Below are positions 39,501 through 52,374 of a stretch of 64,000 bases of DNA, in pieces. A program made the translations under genes and the position numbers. Numbering within the stretch: the first letter of the stretch is position 1; each line of letters starts with the position of its first letter. The stretch is from Octopus sinensis (lineage: Eukaryota), in the NCBI RefSeq assembly GCF_006345805.1, contig NC_042997.1, forward strand, positions 108,996,001 through 109,060,000. The letters are read 5' to 3'. A model generated the notes under the pieces. It had not been told where the DNA came from, made no database searches, and saw nothing but the letters and a program-made list of their open reading frames with translations.

Positions 39501-40904
39501 GCTGCAAGGAATTCTCTGCTATTTCAACCAGTCCAGCGTTCTCTGCGAAATAACAGCATTAACTACGGCTGCAAGTTGAGTGTTTAGTGGAACAATGCAG
39601 GATGTTAAGAGGGAAACTAACGCTCTGGGCGATGAACAGAGTTGTGTTCATTGGAGTTGATGGAGCATAAGAGGACGGGTGAAATGGAAAGATAAAATCT
39701 GAAAGCAGACTGAAACTCCCCACTACTTAATGTTGTTATCTTGGTTCATTGAAATGAAGATATCTTCTTTATTGTCGGAATTAGTTACGAAATTGGGGTT
39801 AATGCAATAAATGTAAAGGAAACGGTTAATTTATGGACCACTAAAAGCGAACATAATTGCAATGTATACTGGTTGTGTGTAGTTACCCATACACTGCGCT
39901 GCCCCTCCTCCGCCCCCCGCAAACAAGAAAGTCACGCAACAACACGTGAAAAGATAATTCAATTCAACACATATATTTATTCAGAGAATTGTTTCAGCTA
40001 AAACTGGTCGCTGAAGATTTCTCAGAATCAGAATTAAACAGTTTTTCTTTCCGGTATGAAATTCATTGATGATTAAACGGCAATTTGCATTATCATAATC
40101 TTCAAGGAAGAAATAGCAATGCCATTTCGTATGAATGAATAAGAAACGTTGTGAGGAGTTAGAAATCCCTTTCGCTGCCTTGAGAAATTAATTCACTGAT
40201 TGTGAGATAAAGAACGAAAGGTTACCGTTGTATTATCTCTAAGAAATTCCTCAACCTAGCACGAGCTTGGGAGTTGCTTCAGTAACACCAAACACATACG
40301 AAGCACTCTTATTTATATAAGTAAAATGGTTATACAATTAGATTTTCTATTCTGGTATAATTATTATGACCAATGAATGTTTTATTTAATATAATTATAA
40401 ATTATAAAAGTTGTCCAGTAGTTAATCCTTCCTTCGTGACTCGAAATTAATGCATTCAAACAAATCTACAACAGGTAAGCTTATGAAGAGTCGATACCAC
40501 TTCTAGTGTCGATTCTTAGTGAAGTACATTTACTTCGTTAACACAGTTATGAATTTCAATATATTTCATTACTCATTGTGTTAAATATTGGAATATTATC
40601 CCTAAAAGATAAAGAATAACCATTTTCCTTCTCCCTTTTTTTCCCCCTTCTTTTCCTCCAATTATGCCTTCCTGTAATTATCCTGTCATGCAACCCTTCA
40701 GAAACCAGAAAATAATAGGAGCGTTCCTACACATATTTTAACAATGAAGTCTAATATATTTTTCTATATATTTCAATTAGGAATGGCAATGACATTTAAT
40801 ACAAACCCTAATGTCCACCTCGCCTTATAAACAGGGCGAATGCACTTTTCTACCACGCAATCGGAAACAGCCAAGAGCGAAACTCTGAACAGTGTCAACT
40901 TTTG

Positions 40905-40982
<78 letters not shown>

Positions 40983-41177
40983 AACACACACACACAAACA
41001 CATACACACACACATACACACATGCACACACACACAAGTTTTATTCATATGTATGCGTATGTGTGTGGAGGCACACAAGTATATACATATATCTATGTAT
41101 ATCTGTTTACATACAGACTCAGGCCCACAGCAAACACACGCACATTGCTGCAGTGTGCGTATGTGTGTGTCTCTCTC

Positions 41178-41216
<39 letters not shown>

Positions 41217-42463
41217 CTTCAAACAGACCTACATATGTTTCTACTGCATCGATCAGTAACCGTTGTAATTGCAATCCTACTGTACTACCGGTGCATGTGT
41301 GTGTGTGTGTATGTACAGTTTCTTCATACATACATACTTATGTACATCCATAATGAGAAACTAATGCGCAGAATCACAGAATCTTTTCCGCAGACAGAGT
41401 AAAAGTTATCTGCGACAACCCATGTCCAACACGTGTTAATGGATGAAACGGTAGCACCAGTGGTTAGTGATGGCTCTCAATCTTAGCTGTTTCACTCCAG
41501 AATTAGATTCTTGTGACTTTTCTACCATTACTATTGTCATAAAATTCTTCATTTAAACGACATCTTTAGCAACAAGCAAATTTGTGAAGTCATTTTGTTT
41601 GTCTCTTCCTGACATCTAGTGGACAAACATCAGGAATTCTTAGTAAACAAATACAAAAATAAAAACATGCAAAAAAGACAAAGCAAAAAGCAACAAAATA
41701 AAAAAAAAGCATTGATTATTTCAATCTCAGGATTCATACAAAAACAAACAGGGAAGTCTTGAAAGTAATTGAAGAATTGTATGTTGGAAGACGGTTGAGA
41801 AATGTGGAATGTTTATAGGTGTAAAGGGGGATGGAGTGTAAAGGGAAGGCTGAACATATTTGAAAGAGTCACAGGAAAAAATGAAGACAATTAGATTCAG
41901 ATGTTCCGTTGGAGAATGTTTGTTGGTCATGGATGAATGTCCGGTAACAAGCGAATAGTGAGGGAGAGAAAGAGAAAGAGAGAGCAAGAGAAGGAGAAAG
42001 AGGGACAGAGTGAGAGTAGGGAGAGAGAGAGAGAGAGAGAGAAAAAAGAGATATGTAACACACACCATCATGGTTGATTCAACAGGCATTTGGCGAGATC
42101 GCAGCCTCTTTCGATAAATCGCACATGTACAGAGAAAGAGGGAGAGAAATAGATAAATAGATAGATGGAGAACGAGAGAGAGGGAGAGAGAGCGAAAGAA
42201 AGACAAACATGAGCGAAAGTACACCTACTCATAAAGGGACACAGGCACACACTTACAAAGACACACAAACACACATGCAAAAGGACACACACACACAGAC
42301 ACAGAAAGAGACACGCACACACATGGAAAGGGTAGAGGGAAAGGGAGCGTAAAGTTGAGATTTCCTTTTAGAAAAATCACTAAAATGCCAAGAAATGTTA
42401 TGTGGATGCACAAGCATGTACATGTGTGATTACCAATGTGTGCATATGCGCGTTTCACCAGTA

Positions 42464-42502
<39 letters not shown>

Positions 42503-42821
42503 ATGTATAAAATGGAACAAAATCGCAATGGCGGACGTTAAAACATTCGGACAGACAGACGATACAAAGGCGGACAAGAGAAACAACAATTAGAAGGACA
42601 GGCAAAAAGAGAGACGGGTCATTCGTGGTTTTCTTTCTTCATTCAAGTTCCAGAAGTCACGACCATTTTGGGCAGTTACACTTGAGATGGTTCGATCTGG
42701 CTGTCCCCCAAAAAGTCTAAGCTAAGAGCATTAGACCCCTTTGTAAGTAAGCTACAAACAAAAAAGCAAAAAACGGAGACCATGTTAAACACACATATAT
42801 ATATAGATTTGTTAACAGTTT

Positions 42822-43336
42822 TTGTTAATACTTTTCCCGCTGGATTGCGTGCTCGTTTCTCTTTTTGCCATCTGTGATTATATTTTTCATCTTCCATACG
42901 ATAGATCGTTAGCTACTACACACATTTATTTCTCTCCTTGTTTCGCTCCTTGTGTTTTTCTTTCTGTGTCCCTTTCTGTAGAAGAGCATAGGCTCGAAAC
43001 GTAAAAGACTTTTTCTATTCCTGAGCGTTATACTAATACATCTGTTTGCTTTGTACACCACCTGTCTTCGTCTTGTTAATACTTTTCCCGCTGGATTGCG
43101 TGCTCGTTTCTCTTTTTGCCATCTGTGAGTATATTTTTCATCTTCCATACGATAGATCGTTAGCCACTACACACATTTTTTCTCTCCTTGTTTTTTTTCT
43201 TTCTGTGTCCCTTTCTTTAGAAGAGCGTAGGCTCGAAACGTAAAAGACTTTTTCTATTCCTGAGCGTTATACTAATACATCTGTTTGCTTTGTACACCAC
43301 CTGTCTTCGTCTCTTGTTGTTTTCGTAAACTCTCCC
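42822..43336 (+). repeat. Tandem dimer of a ~240-250-bp Penelope-terminus-like unit, each with a variant hammerhead motif
   Basis: Unit 1 42822-43072, unit 2 43073-43311 (12-bp deletion), >90% similar; motifs at 42972-43007 and 43211-43246. Confidence 0.8.
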
Positions 43337-43574
43337 CATATATATATATATGTGTGTATGTGTGTGCGTGTGTGTTTGTATGCATGTATGTATATATGTA
43401 TGTATGTATATGTATGTGTGTATGTATTTATGTATGTGTGTGTGTGTGACTTTACTGTATGTGCATTTTTGTGTGGTTATCGCTGTGCGTAGGAATATAT
43501 GCATTTACTCGCATGTGTGCATGTTTAGGTTTCAATATAATTTCCATGGACCAGTAACTACGAGTTTAATAATA

Positions 43575-43776
43575 CTTTTAATTTGGCACAAGTCCGGGGT
43601 AGGGGTAAGTCGATTAAATCGACCCCCGTCTTCAACTGCTACGTATTTTGTCGTTCTCGAAAGGACGAAAGGCAAAGTCGACCTCGACGGAATTTGAACT
43701 CAGAATGTAAGGACGGACGAAATGCTGCTGAGCATTTTGTCCGGCGTGCTAACGATTCTGCCAGTTCGCCGCCTTA
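43575..43776 (-). mobile_element. SINE family A, full length, tail type 2
   Basis: Complete reverse-complement copy ending ...GCCAGTTCGCCGCC. Confidence 0.85.
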
Positions 43777-45021
43777 GCTATGTATTTAACGACTGTGATG
43801 TCGCGAATCTCCCCTTTTCTTCCTCTTTATCTTATTTCTGCCAAGTTCTTTTCTCTTGTCTCCTTAGCATCGTTCAATTTTATTTGATCGGATTCATTTT
43901 CCCGGTTATTCCTCCCTTCCTAATCATGTCCAATCAACGAGATACATAATGAAACTTCTCCTTTCAGCAGTCCATGGTTTCATTGTCATATCATTGCTGT
44001 CTGTAGGTTTTCCTCTACTCTACATACCACCATCTTATAGATAATCAGTTGATTGTCGATTTCAGGTTCAAACGTTGGCTGAGCATTTAGCAGCCAAAGA
44101 CATAATTTCCTCATGTAATATCAATACTTCCCATCTGATGATTTTATAGCTGGATGCTTGTTTTCTTTCATCAAGATAGAAATTACACTTAGTTATAAAT
44201 ATAACCCTATTTTCTGCGCCATTTCTATTTACTTAATCTTTCCCTAAACCTCTTATGCTTTTCATATAAATTACTTGTGCTATTAACCTCGATACCATTT
44301 TCCTTCTTTTTTTTTATTATTTTTCTTCCGAGTCCCCTATTCAGAGAATATCACATGTAACATGAAATTGGGTTGGGTCGCATTCTCCTGCTTCCAATCT
44401 TTCTGACACAGAATATTGGTTAATTCTTTTATACATGCAACGAAGAATCTACACAAAGAAGCGCAGTATTTGCGACTGTTTGCGAGGTCTACATTAGCTT
44501 AAGTTGTCGATTAAAACTGATTCACATCGCGTTGTTCCTTTAACACATCGAAGCCTGTTCTGAGCTGTTTCGAAAGAAAAGCTTTCTGATAATCAATCAA
44601 TACCAGGCAAAGATAACAATTGTAGTTTGTTGTTTTCTCAATCAGTTGGTTCCACCGCGTAAAATGATCGATAGCAGTGGATAGAATTAAGTCTGTTTAA
44701 TCTTGTTATTGTTATTTCTCCTCTCTATGGTGGCGTTCCTATATTAATTAGTCGTCAGATAATATCTTTTAGGAAATTAAAAAAAGTAAACAATAATCTC
44801 CAGAAAATTAAATCACAGGGATATCGATAACCATAAGAATTCGAAGATACATGGCATAATCAATAATCTAAGTAATCATTTAACTAGTCATAATACCAAC
44901 TTTAGTTATTCTTTCTGCTATAGGCACTAAGATTGGTATTTGTATTAAGGGAAGAACAAGTCCATTACATCGGCCGCTAAGCATTTTACCCGGGATGCTA
45001 ACGATTCTGCTCACTCGCCGC

Positions 45022-45117
<96 letters not shown>

Positions 45118-45127
45118 AATAATAATG

Positions 45128-45208
<81 letters not shown>

Positions 45209-45219
45209 GTAATAATAAT
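45022..45219. repeat. (AAT/GAT)n compound microsatellite
   Basis: Direct inspection. Confidence 0.95.
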
Positions 45220-45734
45220 CATGGCTTCTGATCTTAACTGATTGGAAGTGTTATCATGTACATTGTTTTGTCTTGGTATAAAAGATGGGCTACAGCAAAT
45301 ATTCTGCTCAATACCACAGATTTGCTTTTCAGTTGTTTGACCTTAACCAGTTGAGCATGTCCCTTAGTGGCTGACGATATGTGCATCTCTGATCACGAGC
45401 AGAAGTAGTGGGGGAGCATCATAGCCATGTGTTGAGAGGGATTCTTTGGGGTTTGAATGATTCACCTCTGGAAACATGGGTGGTTCTTTCAACATCCTTA
45501 AACAACCCTTATTCAGGGATCGTTTGAGCGGGATGGGCTACTCAACCTGAAGAAAATTCTAACTGGGCCCCACCTGCAAGGTCATGTGCTGTTTATCTTG
45601 ATATGTCGCGCACATATGGTTGTGATGCACGTGCCTCGTGTACCCTTATCAGATGGGTAGTCATGATGGGTATATTGGGCTTCGTATATTTTACCCCAGT
45701 GTCACTTTGATGGCATGCACTGCTCTCTCACTCA
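45220..45734 (+). mobile_element. Family E TAA-embedded repeat, copy 3, 5'-truncated by ~32 nt
   Basis: Reverse complement of 4593-5151; (AAT)n on both flanks; same 3' end CTCTCTCACTCAAT. Confidence 0.9.
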
Positions 45735-45788
45735 ATGATAATAATAATAATAGTAATAATAATAATAATAACCATCATCATCATCGTC

Positions 45789-45824
<36 letters not shown>

Positions 45825-46476
45825 CGAGAAATTGTCTCGATAATCGCCGTTAGAATGTTGCTGTTGTTCATTTTGTCGATTATGTGAAATCTCAGTGAAC
45901 TTCTGTGGAATTTCATCGTCGATCTTATGTCAGTCGTAAAGAAAGTAGCGTTTATGGCGTGCTTTGATAAACTCTCTCCTTCGTGGAACTGAGTATAAAA
46001 TATTTACGTTTTTCTGTGAATTGTCTCCCTTCGCACCGTTATGATTTTATGGACGGTGAATGCAAAGTCCGACGTTTAGTTACATTTCATTGGTATCAAA
46101 CCGTTTCATTCTCCTTCATCATAAAAATATAAATAGGGCTTCGTGCAGACCAAAATGGTAGGTTGACGGTTCAAGTACTCTGCGGCATTTCTGCTAATTC
46201 TTCTTGGTTCTGAGTTCGAATCCCACCAGGAATCAAATTTAAATATCAAAAAGAAACAAGACAACAGGTTAAATATTTTAAGTTCATTCTTTTTAGATCT
46301 GAGTTTAAATACCATGAGGACTTTACAGAATATGTAAGTGCCAGTTATAAGCAAATTGGTCCTATCGTCAGTAACTACTCCTTTTAAAAAATAAAAAAGA
46401 AATGACATTTTTGTCTACGCATAAAATCGCTACTAAAATAAATGGATTTAAAATGTTTTGTATATCAGAGACGCAG

Positions 46477-46630
46477 TCATGGCTAAGTGGTTAAGAAGCT
46501 CACAATGCAATCACATGCGTCTGAGTTCAGTTCCAGAGAGCAGCATCTTGGGCCAGTGTCTTCTACTCCATACCAGACCAGACAAGTGTCTTGAGAGTGA
46601 ATTTGGTAGACAGAAAGGGTGCGGAGGCCC
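46477..46630 (+). mobile_element. SINE family B head fragment, diverged
   Basis: TGGCTAAGTGGTTAAGAAGCT...GAGTTCAGTTCC...AGTGTCTTCTACT. Confidence 0.6.
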
Positions 46631-46767
46631 GATATGCATATATATGCGTATATCTTTTGTGGAGCAGTGGATCTCGAAGCACAATACTATAGACAATAAT
46701 ATGTAAACAGGTTGAAAAAACTAATATATATATGTATGTATATATGTTCATACACGCGCGCGCACAC

Positions 46768-46798
<31 letters not shown>

Positions 46799-47458
46799 TA
46801 GAAGAAAAACTAAGGCAGAACGTGTGTCTCAAATAATTTAGACTAATTTAATTCGGGTTAAAGTGAATTCAAATCCATCTTACCCTAATTAAATTATTTT
46901 AAGTGGCTTGAGATACTCGATCTGCCTTGGTTTTCCCTTTTCCTCTAAGATTGTCCCTGCTATAACGGAACCTTAACACAAATCCCTAGATCCAACCTTA
47001 GCCTACTATAACACTTACTCAGCGTACCTATGCGTTTAGATCATAAGTGAGCTAAACCCCTCATATTCTCTCTCTCTCTCTCTCTCTGTCTCTCTCAGGA
47101 TGCAAGAGGTAGGTAAATAGCATTTGCAAATCTATAATTCAATGGAATGTTGCGCTGAAGATGAGGATGGGTTCTTTATAATTCTAACCCAGAAACGCGC
47201 CCGCAACTGACCGAAGACTTTGTTTTCGTTATTTTCCCTTCTTTTTTCATATGTGAGTTACAAGTAAATGTTATATGTGGAGCTATATTTGTAGAAAACA
47301 GGAATAAACGATCTTTGACTGCTATTTCTAAATTTTCGGTATGTGGCTAAGCAACTTGTTGCTTAACCCTATCTATTTATACACACACACACACATATAT
47401 ATTTATATATATATATGTTGTATTTATGTATATATATATATATGTATATATATATATG

Positions 47459-47494
<36 letters not shown>

Positions 47495-47521
47495 TGTTTA
47501 TATAATACAATATATATACAT

Positions 47522-47606
<85 letters not shown>

Positions 47607-47659
47607 CAGTCATTCAATCAATCTACCTAACTATATACACATGTATATAGTATGTAGGT

Positions 47660-47850
47660 GTGAATGTCTTTGTGTATGTTCCCACACATCTTGACAAGCG
47701 GTGTTGGTTTGTTTACGTTCCTAACTTAGGATTCGGCAAAAGCAGCCGATAGAATAAGTATAAAAAAAAAGACCACGGGCAGTGATTTGTTCAACTAAAT
47801 TGTTGCAAGCGGTGCCCCTGAATGGCCGCTATCCCTTCACTAAACCAAGA
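47660..47850 (+). mobile_element. SINE family B tail fragment, diverged
   Basis: CTTGACAAGCGGTGTTGGTTTGTTTACGTTCC...CGATAGAATAAGTA. Confidence 0.6.
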
Positions 47851-48337
47851 AGATGAATGAAAGGGAGATCTGAGGTGGCGCCACGACCTTGACTAGTAAT
47901 TAGAGATCTGTCACTTCACCGCGTATCTTGCTAACACAAATATGAACAACAGTACTTCTGTTAAGCAGAAGACATTCGACTTATATAAGAAACAAATCGA
48001 TATTACAATAGAAAGATATCAAAATTGATTTTTTCACAATGTCATGTTAGAAATAGAAATAAATATTTTCTACGATTATTCAAAAGAAGCCAAAGAAAGC
48101 AAAACACAAAAATTCCGAGTTTATTTTTAGCTCTCCTTTCGTTGTTCTGTCTTAGATTTCCAATTTCTTCAACGAAGATTATGTACCACTTGAGATTGGA
48201 AGTAACTTGAATTGACAACTGTCGCTTAATATGTAAGTCTATCCATCCTGTGAAAACATACGCCGCCAGGAATTGCAGGAGCTGTAAATTAATATTTAGT
48301 CACGCATATATCTATGTTCCTGTATAAACATGCTTAC

Positions 48338-48379
<42 letters not shown>

Positions 48380-48575
48380 CATATGTGGATGTGTGTGTGT
48401 ACATTTATGCATATACTGATATATGTATATCTGTTTATCTATTCTCTATATATCTATATGTATATATATATATATATCTTATATATATATATATGATATA
48501 TATATATTCACATATGTATGTATGCACATGCATTTATATATATATAATATATATAATAATATATATATACATGTA

Positions 48576-49335
48576 CGAGGTCTGATCAATAAGTATCCGG
48601 ACTGTTGCCATACTAACGACGTAAACTCGGCTGTACATGCGCACTAAGTTTTAACGTTCTAGCTCACTTCCGTTATTTACAGCAGTGCTTGGAAGGAATA
48701 GGTGTAGCCTGTGATCGTCACAGTGACTATGACACAGAAAGTTGTCATGCCGATGTCTCTTCAAAAGCCGACGCAAAATTGCAGAAAGAGTATGGAGAGG
48801 AGTGTAGGAGCCTCTAACTATTGTACGAGTGGTTCACACGTTTCCAAGATGGCCGAAAAATATCGATATTGACGAACGTTCTGAGAAGGCTGCAGCCAGC
48901 AGAACTGAGCAAACTATCGCAGATGTGCGTGCGGCTGTGAAGGGAAATCGTCGAATCACCATCCGTGAGTTATTAGAGGATGTGCAGAATAGGTACGGTT
49001 CAGTTCAGTCTATTATCACTGAGGACTTGGGTATGAAACGCGTGCAGCTAAGTTTGTGCCAAAACTGCTTTCAGCTGATCAAAACGACACTCGGGTTTTA
49101 ATTGCACAAGATCTCCTTCATTGTGTTAAGAACGATGAAATCTGTTTGAAACTTTGCTTAGGCCTCAGAGCAGCTATCGCCAAGCTTTTGGCAACATTTG
49201 ATACAGATTCCCTGCTTAACTTTCTCTGTCTTTGTCAATGCGACGATCACACGCTACCCACTCTGGTTCCAAGCACTGCTGTAAACAGCAGAAGTGAGCT
49301 ATAGCGTTAAAACTTAGTGCGCATGCACACCGGAG
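48576..49335 (+). mobile_element. Non-autonomous mariner derivative (N-terminal HTH region only) with ~108-bp internal inverted arms
   Basis: TA+CGAGGTCTGATCAATAAGTATCCGGAC left end; YEWFTRFQDGR..ERS..RRITIREL...KFVPKLLS remnant; arms 48636-48743 and 49218-49325; right terminus lost to (GT)n. Confidence 0.8.
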
Positions 49336-49345
49336 TTTAGGGACC

Positions 49346-49390
<45 letters not shown>

Positions 49391-49866
49391 TGCGTATATA
49401 TGTACAATTCTCAAATTCTAAACATTTAAATAGAATCCATTATCTGTTGTAGAATTCTACCAAAGAACTCATTAATGGAATAATTTAGAACAACATAAAT
49501 TTATGCTTTGCTATGCAGCATAAATAAAAGCAAATCTATTAAAATGGATATTTTATAGGGAAGTGGGGCCTCCGTATTTATCGTAGGTGGATGTATTCAG
49601 CACAAATCGAACAGTCTTCGGCCGGAGAAAAATGAAAAGGTTTTTGTATTGAACTAAGCTGCATGAATTATACGGAACGGATTACGGTTAGGTGTGAAGT
49701 GTAAATGCTGATAATGCATAGAAATTCAAATGTATTCTCTTTGTTCGTCCCTCAATCGACAGCAAAGCGTATTAACAAATTTATGTTTAACCTATCTTTG
49801 GAACTATAAATTATATATCTATCTATATATATATATATGTATGCGTGCGTGTATGTATGTGTGTGT

Positions 49867-49926
<60 letters not shown>

Positions 49927-50385
49927 TGCTCAAAATATTACAAGAATATATTTACTGTTATAGAATTCCGCCAAAGAACTCCATAAACCAGTAAAGTAAC
50001 TGGAGCGAAATAAATTGATGGAATGTTTTGTGTTGTAAGTGAATTGCGAACGACTTTTGGTGAACTTAGATAAATCTTGTTAGGAATTTATGTTGGTGTA
50101 TTCTTTCTTATGCAGCACTGAATATGAACTCGTGGCTATCTACCACTTGAAAAGTGGCATTTAAGGAAGTCAACTGGTGCAGGAACTACAGGTAATTATC
50201 ACTGGCGGAGCTGGTGTGTAACTATTACGTAGAAGAATAACATAGAAGAATAGGAAGAAGATGACAATTTCAGTATAGCACATGTTCAACATTTGTATCT
50301 ATTGTTTCGGTACCCTTCCACTCGGAACCAAATAACATAGAAATAGTCATTCACGACAGATTACATTAAATATATAAGTTTACCA

Positions 50386-50784
50386 AGGCGACGAGCTGGC
50401 AGAAACGTTAGCACGCCGAGCGAAATGCGTAGCCGTATTTCGTCTGCCGCTACATTTTGAGTTCAAAATGCGCTGAGGACGACTTTGCCTTTCATCGTTT
50501 CGGGGTCGATAAATTAAGTACCAGTTACGCACTGAGATCGATATAATCAACTTAGTCCGTTTGTCTGTCCTTGTTTGTCCTCTTTGTGTTTAGCCCCTTG
50601 TGGGTAGTAAAGAAATAGGTATTTCATCAGTCTTTACGTTCTGAGTTCAAATTCCGCCGAGGTAGACTTTGCCTTTCATCGTTTCGGGGTCGATAAATTA
50701 AGTACCAGTTACGCACTGAGGTCGATCTAACCGACTGGCCCCTCTCCCAAAATTTCGGGCCTTGTGCCTAAAGTACAAAAGAAT
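50386..50784 (+). mobile_element. Dimeric SINE family A (full monomer with tail 1 + headless monomer with tail 2)
   Basis: Junction AAAGAAATAG|GTATTTC at 50618/50619, matching the junction in 60704-61060. Confidence 0.9.
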
Positions 50785-50900
50785 GTATAAATTTACTCAT
50801 AGTTGAATAACACGGTCGGGCACCTCACATGACACTATCGAATTTCTTTCTTTCTCTCTCTCTCTCTCCCTCTCACTCTCGCTATGTAAGTATAATATAT

Positions 50901-50941
<41 letters not shown>

Positions 50942-51110
50942 ATATAAACAAAGCTAATGCGATACAATAAATTATTCTAATCGCCGGTGTACCAGTACAC
51001 GCCATATATTTACATATATCATTACATTCAAGGCGAAGAGTGTACTAGATACACAATACTGGATAATTTAGTGAGATGAAATTAAAAAACTTTTAACAAA
51101 CTTAACTTTT

Positions 51111-51177
51111 CTTATACTGCGTTTCGCCAATTCAGTAATAAATAGTATTTATTTACTCAGGCTGGCTCTTCAGTAAG
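51111..51177 (-). ncRNA. Type I minimal hammerhead ribozyme motif, canonical core
   Basis: CUUA-CUGAAGA-GCCA..UGGC-GAAA-CGCA-GUA-UAAG: 4-bp stem I, 4-bp stem II with an AU-rich extension. Confidence 0.85.
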
Positions 51178-51393
51178 TTCTGTTAACGATGGAAAGACCA
51201 TACCAATAGATCCTGTGCGTCTATCGAAATGCTCTTTCTAAACTATTCAAAACCGTGGCGCAGACTCCGAACAAACCCGACAAAATAGGGGATTGTGGTT
51301 ATATCGTCTAACGTCAGAAATTTAATCGAGAGATATGTAACAAAGATATATATATATATATATATATATTAGAAAGGGAAATTAAATGTTATA

Positions 51394-51453
51394 GAGTGAC
51401 GATTGGTTTCGCACCTATAAAGCGCTTTGCAATGTAGGTGACTCATCAGACTC
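51394..51453 (-). ncRNA. Type I minimal hammerhead ribozyme motif, canonical core
   Basis: GAGU-CUGAUGA-G(U)CACCUA..UAGGUGC-GAAA-CCAAUC-GUC-ACUC: 4-bp stem I, stem II with one bulge. Confidence 0.85.
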
Positions 51454-52294
51454 AAATGGTCGAAGGTGCATAACCAATGGTCACTCTGTGACTGGACATA
51501 ACATTTAACTTCATGAAAAATAATTGCTACTCTAATTTTTTAGAGTATGCTTCTCTTTCGGATAAATGACACATTTGCCAATATATATATATATATATAT
51601 AATATATATATATATATATTGAAGAAATGAGGTACTCAGAAGATCGGATGGTTTATATTTACAGATATTTATTTGTATATTACATTTTTTTATATATATA
51701 TCATATCACTTAGATCATTTCTCCCATTCTAGTGGGGTTTTCAAATCAAACTAAGTTCCTGTGTGAGGAGATTTGATAGAGTTCTGTAGTGGTGGGGAGG
51801 AATATAAGACAGTACAAGAGGGTGATGGATGAGGAGAAAGTGAGAGAGAGAACATGTGTGTATGTGTGTGTGCGTGTGTGTGTGTGTGTGTTTGTATCTG
51901 GGATGAGTGCTAAAGAGAAAGAGGGGAAGGGAGAGGGAAGAAGAAAATAATTTTTTTGGTCTGCTGGACAGAATATTGACTCCAAAGAAAAAAAGAAAGA
52001 ATTTCAGTTTGACCACTTCACAGTGTCACTGAGTGTGTGGTGGCGGGGAGGCAGACCATAAATCATATTTCCTTTTATCATTGTGAGAGAGTGTGTGTAT
52101 TTGATGGTCAAATGCTTTTTGGGGTTTAAGAATTCTTTCCACTTTTTATGACAGTTTTGTGGAGGTGTGTGTGTGTGTGTGTGTGCGCGTGTGTGGGTGT
52201 CTGTAAGTTTGGAGAAGGGAAGAGAGAAAAAAGGAGCAAATGGACAGGTAATTAATAAAATTATTTATCAATAATATAAAATATGACAACATCT

Positions 52295-52374
52295 CTGACA
52301 GCTGTTTCGATTCAGACATATTTAGATAATTAATTTATAAAATTATAATCATTATAAGATGAATCTCTTCAGAG
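52295..52374 (-). ncRNA. Type I minimal hammerhead motif, canonical core, weak stem I
   Basis: CUGAAGA-GAUUC..GAAUC-GAAA-CAGCU-GUC; palindrome ACAGCUGU; stem I only 2 bp. Confidence 0.75.

Noticed and set aside
39975-40030. AGC/GCT stem + GAAACAATTCTC (minus)
   Set aside because: Core interrupted; too degenerate to call a hammerhead
42822-43336. Repeated units considered as a CRISPR-like array
   Set aside because: Eukaryotic context, only two ~240-bp units, no unique spacers
44555-44600. GAAAG/CTTTC stem followed by GAAA (minus), hammerhead-like
   Set aside because: No CUGAnGA core and stem III mispaired
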